60,784 nucleotides of DNA, from the NCBI GenBank assembly GCA_044226625.1, contig JBGAGQ010000036.1:1-60784 (forward strand). Reading direction: 5' to 3'. Below, in pieces: positions 59,520-60,784 of this stretch; the stretch's first letter is position 1; the number at the start of each line of letters is the position of its first letter. Source of the DNA: Thermoanaerobaculia bacterium (GTDB lineage: Bacteria; Acidobacteriota; Thermoanaerobaculia; Multivoradales; UBA5704). Under the pieces are notes generated by a model. The model ran no database searches and was not told the origin of the DNA. It was given only the letters and a program-made list of their open reading frames with translations. The translations under genes and the position numbers were made by a program.

Positions 59520-60572
59520 TCAGAGCGACTTCAGGAATTCGCGCGCGTCCGAGGCGTGCGAGTTGTTGGGATCGAGCTCGATCAGCTTCTTGAAGTCAGC
59601 CTTCGCGGCCTCGATCTTCGACAGGCCGAGGCTGCACAGACCACGGTAGTAATAGGCCTCCGCCATCGCCGGGTTCTCCTGGACCACGCGGTCGAAGCTC
59701 TGGAGCGCCTCGGCGAGCTTTCCGTCGTTGTACTGACGGATGCCGATGTTCAACAGGCTGGACGGATCGACCTTGGTCCCCTGCGGCAGCTTCGCCATGT
59801 AGGTTTTCGCTTCTTCCTCACGGCCGGCGTCGACCAGGAAGTTGACCAGCTGCTCGAGGAGCGGAACGTTGTCCGGGGCGACGGCCACCGCCGCCTTCAA
59901 GGTGTCGATCGCCTTGTCGGTTTGTTTGAGCTCGTACTGGGTGGCGGCGAGGATGGTGATCGCCTCGATGTTGTTCGGCTCCAGCGCGAGCACCGACTGA
60001 AGGGTCGAGGACACCTTGTCGTAGTTCTTTTCCTGCAGATAGGTCTTGGCGATCCGCAGCTCCAGCTTCGGTTTGTTGGCCGCGTCGATCTTCTCCAGGG
60101 CCTTCTCGTAATTCGCGCGGGCGTCGGCCCACTTGCCGGCGGCAAACTGCTTGTCCCCTTCGTCGATGACGCCCCCGGTGCTCGCCTTCTCGGCCGCCTC
60201 AATGACCTCTTTGGGGATCACCTTGAGGACGATGTTGACCGGTTTCGTGGGCGAGAACTCGTCCACCTTCACAGTGCCCTCCGAAGTCAGATATCCCTCT
60301 TTCTCCAGGAGGACGCCCCACGACCCTCCGGCCAGCCCGCCGATCGACCACTTTCCGTGCTCGTTCGAAACGATCGGCTTGGGCCCCGACTTGTTCACGT
60401 CGACCCGGTCCGTGCCGATGCGAAACGTCACCTTGACTCCCCCGAGAGGCTTGCCCTGCTCGTCCTTCACCTCGCCTTGAAGCCTGCCCCTCCCCGCCCA
60501 TTCCTGCGCGGCGAGCGACGAGCCGATCATGAAAATCGCGGCAACCACCGCCATCCAACGCTTGCGCAACAT
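59520..60572 (-). CDS. Exported protein: carboxypeptidase-regulatory-like domain plus TPRs
   Basis: Signal peptide, GRLQGEVKDEQGKPL, TPR repeats; RBS GGAGAG. Confidence 0.88.
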   Translation of the reverse strand: MLRKRWMAVVAAIFMIGSSLAAQEWAGRGRLQGEVKDEQGKPLGGVKVTFRIGTDRVDVNKSGPKPIVSNEHGKWSIGGLAGGSWGVLLEKEGYLTSEGTVKVDEFSPTKPVNIVLKVIPKEVIEAAEKASTGGVIDEGDKQFAAGKWADARANYEKALEKIDAANKPKLELRIAKTYLQEKNYDKVSSTLQSVLALEPNNIEAITILAATQYELKQTDKAIDTLKAAVAVAPDNVPLLEQLVNFLVDAGREEEAKTYMAKLPQGTKVDPSSLLNIGIRQYNDGKLAEALQSFDRVVQENPAMAEAYYYRGLCSLGLSKIEAAKADFKKLIELDPNNSHASDAREFLKSL

Positions 60573-60784
60573 GGTCCTATCTCCTCTCCTGCCGGTTCGA
60601 TTCGGCCGCGGGTCGATCGGCGGAACGTCCCTGATGGGATGGTCTATGCAGGATGCGGTCCAGCGGCCGCCCGGCGTGTCGGACCGAGTCTATCGAACTC
60701 GGTTCGAACTCGGTCGAAGCTCCGTCGAAATCTTGACACGGGGAGATCGGCAAGGGGCGGGGACGACTGACGGCAAGGCCCCAA

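Overview
High-GC bacterial chromosome segment. Gene content and protein styles suggest Acidobacteriota, probably Thermoanaerobaculia (inference). There are three zones. (1) 970-15526 is an accessory block lying between the futalosine-pathway genes mqnC and mqnA. It holds a sigma-54 activator, a degenerate kinase, a three-gene phosphorelay, M23 and L,D-transpeptidase genes, large unknown exported proteins and three correctly spaced sigma-54 promoter motifs. (2) 15563-34630 is a housekeeping core: mqnA, rho, engB, lon, clpX, clpP, tig, thiS, Moco riboswitch-moaA, pheT/pheS, rplT, rpmI, infC, thrS and four tRNAs. (3) 34764-60572 is an accessory/envelope zone: UdgX, a TonB-dependent receptor, alpha-2-macroglobulin, cyclophilin, a flavin monooxygenase, ExbD and a TPR/sulfatase-like operon. 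The most striking signals are two small orphan ORFs 9 kb apart (38874-39041 and 47892-48071) that share a gap-free 30-aa RiPP-type leader and an upstream DNA motif but have different Cys/Thr/Ser-rich cores, with no maturation enzyme in the window, and a non-coding array of ten imperfect TCCY-N5-GGGA palindromes at 20-21 bp period (53014-53209).
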